From: an uncultured Planctomycetota bacterium
Lineage (GTDB): Bacteria; Planctomycetota; Planctomycetia; Isosphaerales; Isosphaeraceae
DNA: 64,000 nt
Assembly: GCA_963737655.1 (NCBI GenBank)
Contig: CAVTTN010000002.1
Span: 2,752,001-2,816,000, forward strand
Direction of reading: 5' to 3'
Shown piece by piece: positions 41,163 to 49,985 of this stretch. The notes beneath the pieces are model-generated. The model was not told the origin of the DNA. It did not search any database and saw nothing but the letters and a program-made list of their open reading frames with translations. The translations under genes and the position numbers were made by a program. Within the stretch, counting starts at the first letter, position 1, and every line of letters begins with the position of its first letter.

Positions 41163-42233
41163 ATGATCGATCCCGACCGCTTCCTCCGCCTCGTCCGCGG
41201 GGACTCTCGGGGCTTTTCGGCCTCGCTCGGTCGGATGGCGTTGGGCCTGGCCTCCGGGGTTTACAGCGTCGGGGTCGCAGGCCGCAATCGGCGGTTCGAT
41301 CGTGGCGGGAAGACGATCCATCGCGTCCCGATCCCGGTTGTGTCGATCGGCAACCTCACCCTCGGCGGCACCGGCAAGACGCCGATGGTCGAGTGGACGG
41401 CCCGGTGGTTCCGCAACCACGGCTTGCGGGTGGCGATCCTCAGCCGGGGGTATGGCCAGGCCGAGGGGATGAATGATGAGGGGCGAGTCCTGGAGGAAAA
41501 CTTGCCGGATGTCCCCCACCTTCAGGGGCGGGACCGGGCGTCTCTGGCGAGGATCGCCGTCGAGGAGTTGGAAAGTGAGGCGATCGTCCTCGACGATGGG
41601 TTCCAGCATCGCCGATTGGGCCGCGACCTGGATCTCGTCCTGCTCGATGCCCTCGATCCGTTCGGCCTGGGACGGCTTTTCCCTCGCGGATTGTTGCGGG
41701 AGCCGGTCTCGTCGCTGAAACGGGCCGGGGTGGTCGTCCTTTCGCGGGCCGACCTCGTGGACCCGTCGGCCCGGAAGGCGATTCGGGCCGAGGCCGAGCG
41801 GAAGGCCGGGCCGTTGCGGTGGGCCGAGGCTCGGCATTCGCCGATCGGGCTCCTCGATGCGGCGGGGAACGTCGAGGGGCTGGGATCGTTGGCGACACGG
41901 AAGGTCGCCGCGTTCTGCGGGATCGGCAATCCGGAGGGGTTCCGGCGGACCCTGGCCGGCCTGGGCGTCGAACCTCTGGGATTCCGCGTCTTCCCCGACC
42001 ATCATCCCTATTCGGCGGGCGACGTGGCCGACCTGGCGGGGTGGGCCAATGGCGTGGGGAGCGATCTGCTCTTGACCACCCAGAAGGATTTCGTGAAGCT
42101 TCGCGCCGATTCCCTGGGAACGGTCCCCTTGCGGGCCCTCAAGATCGGCCTGGAGGTGACCGAGGGCCGGGACGTCCTGGAAGAGGCCCTGTCGCGACTC
42201 CTCGCCGGAAGGATTCGGCCCGATTTCTCATGA
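41163..42233 (+). CDS. lpxK: Tetraacyldisaccharide 4'-kinase
   Basis: SIGNLTLGGTGKTP, LSRGYG, DE, LDDGFQH, PRGLLRE, GIGNP, FPDHH, TQKD.VK. Confidence 0.95.
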   Translation: MIDPDRFLRLVRGDSRGFSASLGRMALGLASGVYSVGVAGRNRRFDRGGKTIHRVPIPVVSIGNLTLGGTGKTPMVEWTARWFRNHGLRVAILSRGYGQAEGMNDEGRVLEENLPDVPHLQGRDRASLARIAVEELESEAIVLDDGFQHRRLGRDLDLVLLDALDPFGLGRLFPRGLLREPVSSLKRAGVVVLSRADLVDPSARKAIRAEAERKAGPLRWAEARHSPIGLLDAAGNVEGLGSLATRKVAAFCGIGNPEGFRRTLAGLGVEPLGFRVFPDHHPYSAGDVADLAGWANGVGSDLLLTTQKDFVKLRADSLGTVPLRALKIGLEVTEGRDVLEEALSRLLAGRIRPDFS

Positions 42234-43369
42234 AAATCGTCGTTTTCGCGCCGAACCTGATCGGCGACACGGTGATGGCCACCCCCACGTTCCGGGCCCT
42301 CCGCGATGGCGGGGCCGATCTGGACGTGGTGATCCGGCCGCATGTGGCGCCCACGCTCGACGGGTCTCCCTGGTTCGATCGCGTGATCCCCTATTCGCCG
42401 AAAAGTGACGATCCGAAGAGGCGGACGCTCGCCGTGGTCCGCCGTCTTCGGGCGAATCGCTATGACGCGGCGGTCCTCCTGCCCAACTCGTTCCGATCGG
42501 CCCTGATGGCGAGGATGGCGGGCATCCCGAGGCGAGTCGGCTACGCCCGAGGGGGCCGGGGGATGTTGCTGACCGATCGGTTGAGGCCGCTTCGCGACCG
42601 CAACGGCCGGTTCGTGCCGACGCCGATCCTCCCCGATTACCTCGCCCTGGCGCACCGGCTCGGGTTCGAGGCCAGTTCGACCCGGATCGAGCTGTTCACG
42701 ACCCCCGACGACGAAATCGCCGCCGATCGGGCCTTCGAGCGGCTCGGCTTGCTCGGAAAACGGCCGTTGATCGTCTTCAACACCGGAGGCGCGTTCGGCC
42801 CGGCCAAGAGCTGGCCGGCCCGCCATTTCGGGGGCCTGGCGAGACGTCTCGTCCACGAGGCGGGGGCGTCGATCCTGGTGGTCTGCGGCCCGTCGGAGAG
42901 GGACTCGGCGAGGGCGATCGTGGCCCAGAGCGATCACCCTCGAGTGGTCAGCCTGGCCGACGAGCCCCTTTCGATCGGCCTGACCAAGGCGTGCGTCCGC
43001 CGCTCGGACCTGATGGTCACGACCGACAGCGGCCCCCGGCACTTCGCCGGGGCGTTCGGCGTGCCGGTCGTCACGATCTTCGGGCCGACTCACATCGCCT
43101 GGACCCGCACCTTCCTGCCCAACGCGCTCCACGTCCAGAAAGACGTGCCGTGCGGGCCTTGCCAGCGGGGCGAATGCCCTCTCAAGCATCACGAATGCAT
43201 GAACGGGTTGTCGCCCGATCCGGTCTTCTCGGCGTCGATGCGACTGCTGGACGGCGGCGGCGGCAGGGGCGGGGCGTCCGTCGATCCTCCGTCGGCCAGG
43301 GATCGGCCGAGGATCGACCCGCCGACTCCGACGAGGAGCGTGACGAAGCCCTGGGCGATCCACCGATAA
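42230..43369 (+). CDS. waaF: Lipopolysaccharide heptosyltransferase II (GT9)
   Basis: PNLIGDTVMATP, LPNSFRSA, GAFGPAKSW, TTDSGPRH, FGPT, CGPC...CP; 3' end may be over-extended. Confidence 0.9.
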   Translation: MKIVVFAPNLIGDTVMATPTFRALRDGGADLDVVIRPHVAPTLDGSPWFDRVIPYSPKSDDPKRRTLAVVRRLRANRYDAAVLLPNSFRSALMARMAGIPRRVGYARGGRGMLLTDRLRPLRDRNGRFVPTPILPDYLALAHRLGFEASSTRIELFTTPDDEIAADRAFERLGLLGKRPLIVFNTGGAFGPAKSWPARHFGGLARRLVHEAGASILVVCGPSERDSARAIVAQSDHPRVVSLADEPLSIGLTKACVRRSDLMVTTDSGPRHFAGAFGVPVVTIFGPTHIAWTRTFLPNALHVQKDVPCGPCQRGECPLKHHECMNGLSPDPVFSASMRLLDGGGGRGGASVDPPSARDRPRIDPPTPTRSVTKPWAIHR

Positions 43370-43743
43370 TTGGAGTAGTCGGGCGACGGCTCCCACGAGA
43401 TCGGCGTGGGCATGTTCTGCAAGTTGGGGCTGAGCATCGGCTGGAAGTAGACGAACACGATGCAGGGGAAGAGATTGGGCGAGGGGAAACTGGACGTGGT
43501 GGACCAGTGGTTCGTATAGACGTAAAGATAGGCCCAGCCGAACAGCGAGAACCCGAGCCAGTTTGGCCGGCGGTCTCCCCGGCGGACGAGGGCCCCGAGC
43601 GTCGCCCCGCAAAGGATCAGGAACGTGGCCGACGTGACCAGGCTGGCCAGGGCGGGCGACGGGTTCCTCATCGCGGCGAGGGCCAGGGCGACCAGCAGGA
43701 CCAGGGCCATGAGGCCCCGGATCGAGACTCGCGGACGTCGCAT
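43189..43743 (-). CDS. Hypothetical membrane protein (RxSIRGLM N-terminal type)
   Basis: MRRPRVSIRGLMALVLLVALALAA, WLGFSLFGWAYL, 3-4 TM helices; 3' end uncertain. Confidence 0.65.
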   Translation of the reverse strand: MRRPRVSIRGLMALVLLVALALAAMRNPSPALASLVTSATFLILCGATLGALVRRGDRRPNWLGFSLFGWAYLYVYTNHWSTTSSFPSPNLFPCIVFVYFQPMLSPNLQNMPTPISWEPSPDYSNYRWIAQGFVTLLVGVGGSILGRSLADGGSTDAPPLPPPPSSSRIDAEKTGSGDNPFMHS

Positions 43744-43866
43744 CGGCGCCTCTCTCGCTCGGCCTCGGGGCGGTAACCCTAAGATTATCGGGGAGCCGTC
43801 AAGACGGAGGGAAGGGCGCGGTCCGGGCGGCTCCTTCGGCGGCCTCGGCAATTCAAGGGGGGAGTC

Positions 43867-44793
43867 ATGACGACCTGGATGGTCACCGGAGGGTCGGGGT
43901 TCCTCGGTCGTCACGTCCTGGCGGCCCTGGCCGAGCCCGAGTCGGGCCGTCGGGTCGTGGCCCTGGGGCGTCATCATCCCGGGGGATGGCCGATGGAGGA
44001 CTTCCTCCGGGCCGACCTGGAGGACCCGATCGCCCTGGAACGCGCCCTCCAGGCGATCCGGCCGGACGTGACGATTCACGCCGCGGGCAAGACGCCTCCG
44101 GCGCCCGCCCCCCTGCTCTACCGGGCGAACACGCGATGCGTGGCGAACCTGATCGAGGCGCTTCGAAGGCTCGGACGGCCGACGAGGCTGGTCCTGGCCG
44201 GATCGGCGGCCGAGCTCGGGCCGGTGCCCGCCGATCGCCTGCCCGCGTCCGAGTCCTTCCCCTGCCGCCCCCTGGATGCCTATGGCCTGAGCAAGTGGGC
44301 GGCCTGTCGGATCGCCCTGGCGGCGGGCCCGCCGGTCGAGGCGGTCTCGGCGAGGATCTTCAACATGATCGGCCCCGGGATGCCGACCTCGCAAGCATTC
44401 GGCCGGTTCGCCCGCGACTTGCTCGCCCCGGGCCCCGATCCCCTGGTGCTGAACGTCGGCGACCTGGACGCCCGACGCGACTTCGTGGACGTCCGAGACG
44501 CCGCCTCCGCGCTGATCCTCCTGGCCGAACGGGGCGACCCGGGAGCGATCTATCACGTCGGGACGGGTCGATCCCGGGCGATCGGCGACGGGCTGGACCG
44601 CCTGATCGGCCTCAGCGGGCGTGACGTCCGGGTGGAACGGATCGGAGCGGGGCGAGGGCCGGCCGACTCCCGGGCCGAGATCGCGAGGATCGTCGAAGCG
44701 GTCGGATGGCGGCCCGAAGTCCCGTTCGAAACGAGCCTGGCCGACCTCTGGGATGAGGCGAGGCGGCTTGTGGGGACTCGGCGGGTCGCATGA
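43867..44793 (+). CDS. NAD-dependent sugar epimerase/reductase (GDP-4-keto-6-deoxymannose reductase-like)
   Basis: TGGSGFLG, SAAE, YGLSK, RIFNMIGPG, GDLDARRDFVDVRD. Confidence 0.88.
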   Translation: MTTWMVTGGSGFLGRHVLAALAEPESGRRVVALGRHHPGGWPMEDFLRADLEDPIALERALQAIRPDVTIHAAGKTPPAPAPLLYRANTRCVANLIEALRRLGRPTRLVLAGSAAELGPVPADRLPASESFPCRPLDAYGLSKWAACRIALAAGPPVEAVSARIFNMIGPGMPTSQAFGRFARDLLAPGPDPLVLNVGDLDARRDFVDVRDAASALILLAERGDPGAIYHVGTGRSRAIGDGLDRLIGLSGRDVRVERIGAGRGPADSRAEIARIVEAVGWRPEVPFETSLADLWDEARRLVGTRRVA

Positions 44794-44995
44794 TGTCGGA
44801 TCCAGGAGCGGCCGTCAATCCATGAGGGGGCGGCCGGTCGGTCGGCCGCCGCGTGGTTGGTGCATTTCATGCACCCTACAGAACCGTGCATCTCTTGCAC
44901 CCGACTTTGCCCTTGTCGGCCGGACTCGTCCGGCTAGAATGCGGCCCCTGGCCCGAGGATCGGGCCGGTGGTGCGCCCCGAGGAGGCCCCGGGCG

Positions 44996-46606
44996 ATGGA
45001 TCGCCGCGTCTTGATCCCGGTCGTCCTGCTCGGCGCGATCCTCCATGCCGTCGGCGTGGCCAGGTCGAGCCTCCCGGCGCAGGATGGGCTCAAATTCTTG
45101 AGGACTGCTCGCGACTTCCAGTCTCGGCCGTGGGCCGAGGTGGTCCGCTCCAGCGACCGGCACCCGCTCTATCCGGCGGCCGTGGCGATCGCCCAGCCGG
45201 CGATTCGCTCGATCCTGGGCGACGGCCCCGACTCCTGGCGGGTCGCCGGCCAGCTCGTCTCCGCCCTCGCCTCGCTGCTGATCCTGATCCCGCTTTTCGG
45301 CCTGAGCCGATCCCTGTTCGACGCCCCGGCCGCCGCGCTGGCGGCCTTGCTGTTCGTCCTCCTGCCGATCCCCGCGGCCGTGGGTCGCGACGTGCTGGCC
45401 GATTCGTCGGCCTTGCTTGGGTTCGCCTTCGCCCTTTGGCTCGGGATCAAGGCGATGGACTCGGGGCGGCTCCCGGTGGCGATCGGTTGCGGTCTGGCGG
45501 CGGGGCTGGGCTACCTGGCGAGGCCCGAGGTCGCCGTCCTGCCGATGGCCCTGGTGGTCGAGGCCACGGCCCGACGATTCGAAGGCCGGGCGGCCCGGCC
45601 GGGATCGTGGCGAGTGGGCGTCCCGGCCCTCGCGTTCCTGACGGTGGTGGGTTCTTACGCGATCGTGAAGGGGGAAGTCTCCGAGAAGCTCGCGCTGAGG
45701 CGGGTCGCGGCGATTCCTTCGAAGCACGATGCCCCGGCCGTGGCCCGGCCGCTCCCTCCGGGCCTGGATGACCCCCGGCTCGATTTTTCGGCGAAGGAGG
45801 AGTCGGACGACCCGGGCCGGATGAGCGTGCCGGCCGCCTCGCTCCGGTTCGCGGGCGGATGGGCCGAGGCGATGGGCTTCGCGCTCCTGCCGATGGCGAT
45901 TTGGGGGGCCGTCCGCGTTCGCTCGGGCCCGGGCCGGCGGTTGATCGGGATCTACGTCGCGATCTTCGCGGCGGTGGCCGTCCGCCATGCCATGACGTTC
46001 GGCTACCTGTCCCCTCGTCACACGCTGTCGCTGGTCGTGGCGACGTTGCCGTTCGCCTCGGCCGGGATTCTCGACCTCGCAGGGGCGGTCCGCCGACGGC
46101 TGGGCGTCGAGGAGGCGGCGAACGGGCTCTGGGTCCGTCGAGGAGCCGCGATCCTGGCGATGATCGCCTTGGCGGTCGGCGTCCAGTTCCACCACGAGTC
46201 CCACCCGAGTCGATGGGGCCACTCGGAGGCGGGCCGGTGGCTGGGCGATCATGCGACGGTGGAACAATCGGTGCTCGATACCCGGGGCTGGGCGACGTTC
46301 GTTTCCGGCGTTCGAGGGCTGGATTACTGGCACGTCCGCCAGGCGTTGGCCGACCCGTCCCTGGCGTTTTTCGTCGTGGGTCAGGACGAGCTTGAGGCTT
46401 CAAGCCGCCGGGCCGAGACGCTCGCCGCGATCCTCGATTATGCCGCCGAACCCGTGGCCGAATTCCCGGGCCGGAAGGGCGGACGATCGGCGGCGGTCCG
46501 GGTGTATCGGTTCCATCGGCCGACCGACTGGCGGGGGATGCCCATCGGGCGGAGGACCGTCCCCTCGTTGGCGATCCGACCGAGCGGATCGGAGGCCGTG
46601 CGATGA
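44996..46606 (+). CDS. Multi-pass GT-C fold glycosyltransferase, paralog of 16972..18525
   Basis: QDGLKF, HPLYP, SWRVAGQ, YLARPEV, GYLSPRHT, AGRWL. Confidence 0.75.
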   Translation: MDRRVLIPVVLLGAILHAVGVARSSLPAQDGLKFLRTARDFQSRPWAEVVRSSDRHPLYPAAVAIAQPAIRSILGDGPDSWRVAGQLVSALASLLILIPLFGLSRSLFDAPAAALAALLFVLLPIPAAVGRDVLADSSALLGFAFALWLGIKAMDSGRLPVAIGCGLAAGLGYLARPEVAVLPMALVVEATARRFEGRAARPGSWRVGVPALAFLTVVGSYAIVKGEVSEKLALRRVAAIPSKHDAPAVARPLPPGLDDPRLDFSAKEESDDPGRMSVPAASLRFAGGWAEAMGFALLPMAIWGAVRVRSGPGRRLIGIYVAIFAAVAVRHAMTFGYLSPRHTLSLVVATLPFASAGILDLAGAVRRRLGVEEAANGLWVRRGAAILAMIALAVGVQFHHESHPSRWGHSEAGRWLGDHATVEQSVLDTRGWATFVSGVRGLDYWHVRQALADPSLAFFVVGQDELEASSRRAETLAAILDYAAEPVAEFPGRKGGRSAAVRVYRFHRPTDWRGMPIGRRTVPSLAIRPSGSEAVR

Positions 46607-47456
46607 CCCGAGATCTCGGGACGATCCTGGGGAGGGCGAGGCGAGGGGTCCGCTGGGTCTGGCGGAATCCGACGTTCGCGCACGCCTTGCCCGAGGACCT
46701 CGATCGGACCGTCATGGACCTCCCCGCCACCGACCGCCTCCACGCCAAGCAGGGGCGATCGACGGCCCGGGTGCGGTTCGACTCGCCCGGCGGCCCCCTG
46801 AGCGTGTATCTGAAGCGTCATTATCGCCTGCCCGCCTGGAACCGCCTGGCGGCGTGGCTGAATCCCTCGGGGAAGCACACGCCGGCGGCCAGCGAGCTGG
46901 CGCACCTGGATCGCGCCGAAATCTCGGCGTGAGCGTGCCGGACGCCGTGGCGGCGGGCGAGGCGATCGGCCCTTGGGGACGGCTCACCAGCTTCCTGATG
47001 GTCGCCGAGCTCGTCGGCCGTCGCGAGCTGAACGAGGTCTTGCCGGGCCTGGCCGAGACGATGCCGCCGCGGGACTTCGCCCGGCTCAAGCGCGAGCTGG
47101 CCCGGGAGATGGCCGAGGTCGCCGCGAGGCTCCACCGGGCGAGCGTCTTCCACAAGGACCTCTACCTCTGCCACTTCTTCCTCGATGCGTCGCCCGACGC
47201 CCCGAGCGGCCGTCGGCTCACCCTGATCGACCTCCACCGATTGGCCGAGCACCGAGTCACGGGCTTCCGCTGGCGATGGAAGGACCTGGGGCAGTTGCTC
47301 TACTCGACGTTCGGCGTCTCGGGGATCGACGATCGCGACCGCCTCCGATTCTGGTCCCATTATCGAAGGCTCGCGGGCCTGCGATGCTCCCGATGGCAGG
47401 CGAGGCGGGTCGCGGCGAAGGCCGACCGCTATCGACGGCACAACTCCGGCGGCTGA
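46603..47456 (+). CDS. Lipopolysaccharide core kinase (WaaP/InaA/Kdo family), frameshift near 46920
   Basis: VYLKRH, E...L; second frame HKDLYLCHF, LIDLHR, KDLGQL; joined as RARNLGVSVP. Confidence 0.85.
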
Positions 47457-47466
47457 GGAGGCACGC

Positions 47467-48699
47467 ATGAGGCTGGCGTTGACGTTCCAGAGGGTCGATC
47501 CGTCGAAGGGCGGGGCCGAGACGTACGTGGCCGACCTCGCCCGGAGGCTCGTCGCCTCGGGGCATCGCGTCTCGCTCGTGGCCGACCGATGGGCCGCCGG
47601 CGCCCTGCCCGCCGAGGTGGAGACCGTCCGCGCCGAGGCCCGGGGGCGGACCCGATGGGGCCGCATCCTGGGTTTCGCCCGCGAGTCCGAGCGCGTCCTG
47701 AAGGCGTCGAATTATGATTGCACGATCGGCTTCATCAACACCTGGCACCAGGACATTTTGATCCCTCAGGGGGGCGTCCACCAGGGGAGCCTGCAGGCGA
47801 ACGCCAGGCGGTTCCCTCCCGGGTGGCGGAGGGCGCTCTACGTCGCCGCGAAACGGGCCAATCCCAAGCTCTGGGGCCTCTATCGGCCGATCGAGGCCAG
47901 GCAGTACGACCCGGCCCGGGGGACTCGCATCGTGGCCGTGAGCCGGATGGTCCGCGAGCATCTCGAACGGTTCCACGGGGTCGCCCCGGACCGCGTCCGG
48001 GTGATCCCCAACGCGATCGACGCCGGGAGGCTCGCGGTGGCCGATCCCTCGGCGGCGAGGGCGGCGGTCCGCGCCCGCCTGGGCCTGGAGGAGACGGACC
48101 TCGCCGCCCTGTTCGTGGCCCACAACTTCCGGCTCAAGGGCCTGCCCGCGCTCCTGGAGGCCCTGGCGCGGAGGTCGGCCGCGAATCCCTCGGCGAGGCC
48201 GGTCCATTTGCTGGTCTGCGGAGGGGGGAAGGTCGAGCCGATGCGGAGGCTCGTCGATCGGCTCGGCCTGGGCGCCACGGTCCACCTCGTGGGCTTCGCG
48301 CCGGAGGTCCGCGACTACTTCCACGCCGCCGATTTCTTCGTGTTGCCGAGCTATTACGACCCCTGCTCGCTCGTCGTCTTCGAGGCGCTGGCGTGCGGCC
48401 TCCCGGTGATCACGACCCGGCGGAACGGCGCCGGAGAAATCATCACCGAGGGCCGCGAGGGGTTCGTGATCCCCGAGCCCGACGACCACCCCGCGATGAT
48501 CGCCGCCCTGGAGCGAATGACCGACGACCCGGCGCGTCGGGCGATGTCCGAGGCCGCCGAGGAGCTCGGGCGGGCGCAGTCGTTCGACCTTCACGTGGCG
48601 CGTCTGCTGACGTATTGCCGGGACGTGGCCGAATGGAAGAGGACGAACCGACCCGGCCCCCGGATCGGCCGGAGGACGTTCGAGAGGACGGGAGTCTGA
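47467..48699 (+). CDS. Glycosyltransferase family 4 (WaaG-like)
   Basis: GGAETY, AVSRMV, IPNAID, HNFRLKG, PSYYDPCSLVVFEALACGLPVIT. Confidence 0.9.
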   Translation: MRLALTFQRVDPSKGGAETYVADLARRLVASGHRVSLVADRWAAGALPAEVETVRAEARGRTRWGRILGFARESERVLKASNYDCTIGFINTWHQDILIPQGGVHQGSLQANARRFPPGWRRALYVAAKRANPKLWGLYRPIEARQYDPARGTRIVAVSRMVREHLERFHGVAPDRVRVIPNAIDAGRLAVADPSAARAAVRARLGLEETDLAALFVAHNFRLKGLPALLEALARRSAANPSARPVHLLVCGGGKVEPMRRLVDRLGLGATVHLVGFAPEVRDYFHAADFFVLPSYYDPCSLVVFEALACGLPVITTRRNGAGEIITEGREGFVIPEPDDHPAMIAALERMTDDPARRAMSEAAEELGRAQSFDLHVARLLTYCRDVAEWKRTNRPGPRIGRRTFERTGV

Positions 48700-48741
48700 A
48701 GGTCTGTCCGGAACGGCGATTTTCGCGGCGGCGAGGCGGTC

Positions 48742-48810
48742 AGTAGGTCCGACTTCAATCGGGCCTAACCCAGGATTTCGGGAGTGGGCCCGACTGAAGT
48801 CGGACCTACT
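48742..48810. repeat. GTAG-type REP doublet, copy 2
   Basis: agtaggtccgacttcaatcgggcc ... ggcccgactgaagtcggacctact. Confidence 0.9.
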
Positions 48811-48900
48811 CATTCAACCGGCCGTTGGAGAGGTTCCCCGGATTGTCTCGGAGACGGGGCGGGCCACCCCGACGCGACTCTCGGCGAGCAAGGAGGCGAG

Positions 48901-49647
48901 ATGCAAGCGATCGTCCTGGCGGGGGGCAAGGGCACGAGGCTCCGGCCGTTCACCCACGTCTTCCCCAAGCCGCTGATGCCCCTGGGGGACGACAACCCCA
49001 TGCCGATCCTCGAAGTCGTCCTCCGGCAGCTCGCCCGGTTCGGCTTCGACGACGTGACCATCATCACCGGCTACCTGACCGAATATATCGAAACCTTCTG
49101 CAAGGACGGCCGCCGGTTCGGCACGAGGATCGGCTATCGTCGCGAGGTCACGCCGCTCGGCACCGCGGGCGGGCTCACCCTCGTCGATCGGCCGAAGGCG
49201 CCGGCGCTGGTGATCAACGGCGACATCCTGACCACGCTCGACTTCGGCGCCATGTACGACTTCCACCGGACCAGCGGCGCGTCGGCGACGATCGCGGCGT
49301 TCCCCCGGACGGTCCGGATCGATTTCGGCGTCCTGGACTTCGCCGGGGCGCCCCATGTCCTGTCGGGCTATCGCGAGAAGCCGGAGTTTTCTTTCGAAGT
49401 GAGCATGGGCGTCTACATCCTCGACCCGTCGGCCTGGGATTATCTCTCGCCGGGCGAGCCTATGCCGATGCCCGACCTCCTCGAGGCGATCCGGGGCGAG
49501 GGCAAGCCGGTCCACGCCTTCCGCCAGGATTGCGAGTGGCTGGACATCGGCCGCCACGACGATTACGCCGCCGCCAACGAGATCTTCCAGGCCCGCCGCA
49601 ACGCCTTCCTCGGCGACGTCGAGCGCCCCCGGCTGAAGATCGGTTAG
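48901..49647 (+). CDS. Sugar-phosphate nucleotidyltransferase (NDP-sugar synthase)
   Basis: LAGGKGTRLRP, PKPL, E..PLGTAG, INGD, EKP, WLDIG. Confidence 0.92.
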   Translation: MQAIVLAGGKGTRLRPFTHVFPKPLMPLGDDNPMPILEVVLRQLARFGFDDVTIITGYLTEYIETFCKDGRRFGTRIGYRREVTPLGTAGGLTLVDRPKAPALVINGDILTTLDFGAMYDFHRTSGASATIAAFPRTVRIDFGVLDFAGAPHVLSGYREKPEFSFEVSMGVYILDPSAWDYLSPGEPMPMPDLLEAIRGEGKPVHAFRQDCEWLDIGRHDDYAAANEIFQARRNAFLGDVERPRLKIG

Positions 49648-49661
49648 AATGACGGCGCTGA

Positions 49662-49762
49662 CGGTCCCCGGGCGGCATGCTGACGTCCTCGTAGGAATGT
49701 CTCCGATTCGAGTCCGGCCGAAGGCATGCTGTCGAGGACGTATGCATGCCGCCCGGGGACCG
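49662..49762. repeat. Degenerate GGxGGCATGCT-type REP doublet, copy 3
   Basis: cggtccccgggcggcatgc ... gcatgccgcccggggaccg outer inverted repeat with decayed inner hairpins. Confidence 0.75.
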
Positions 49763-49825
49763 AAAACCGGATGAATGCAGCATGATCTGCTCTGCAAAAA
49801 AACCCATAGAGAATGAGGAAACGAA

Positions 49826-49890
49826 TAGGTCCGACTTCAGTCGGGCCTACGAAAAAGGGATTCCTGCAGGCCCGACCGAAGTCGGACCTA
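49826..49890. repeat. GTAG-type REP doublet, copy 3
   Basis: taggtccgacttcagtcgggcctacgaaaaaggga ... ggcccgaccgaagtcggaccta; the spacer and left flank resemble copy 1. Confidence 0.9.
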
Positions 49891-49985
49891 CCCCTCTCGA
49901 TACTTCGACGGGGTTTTCTGCAGAGCGAGCCTGATCCCCGTTTTTCGGCGCCTCGAATGCCCGTCCCTTCGCGGATTCCCGAGCC

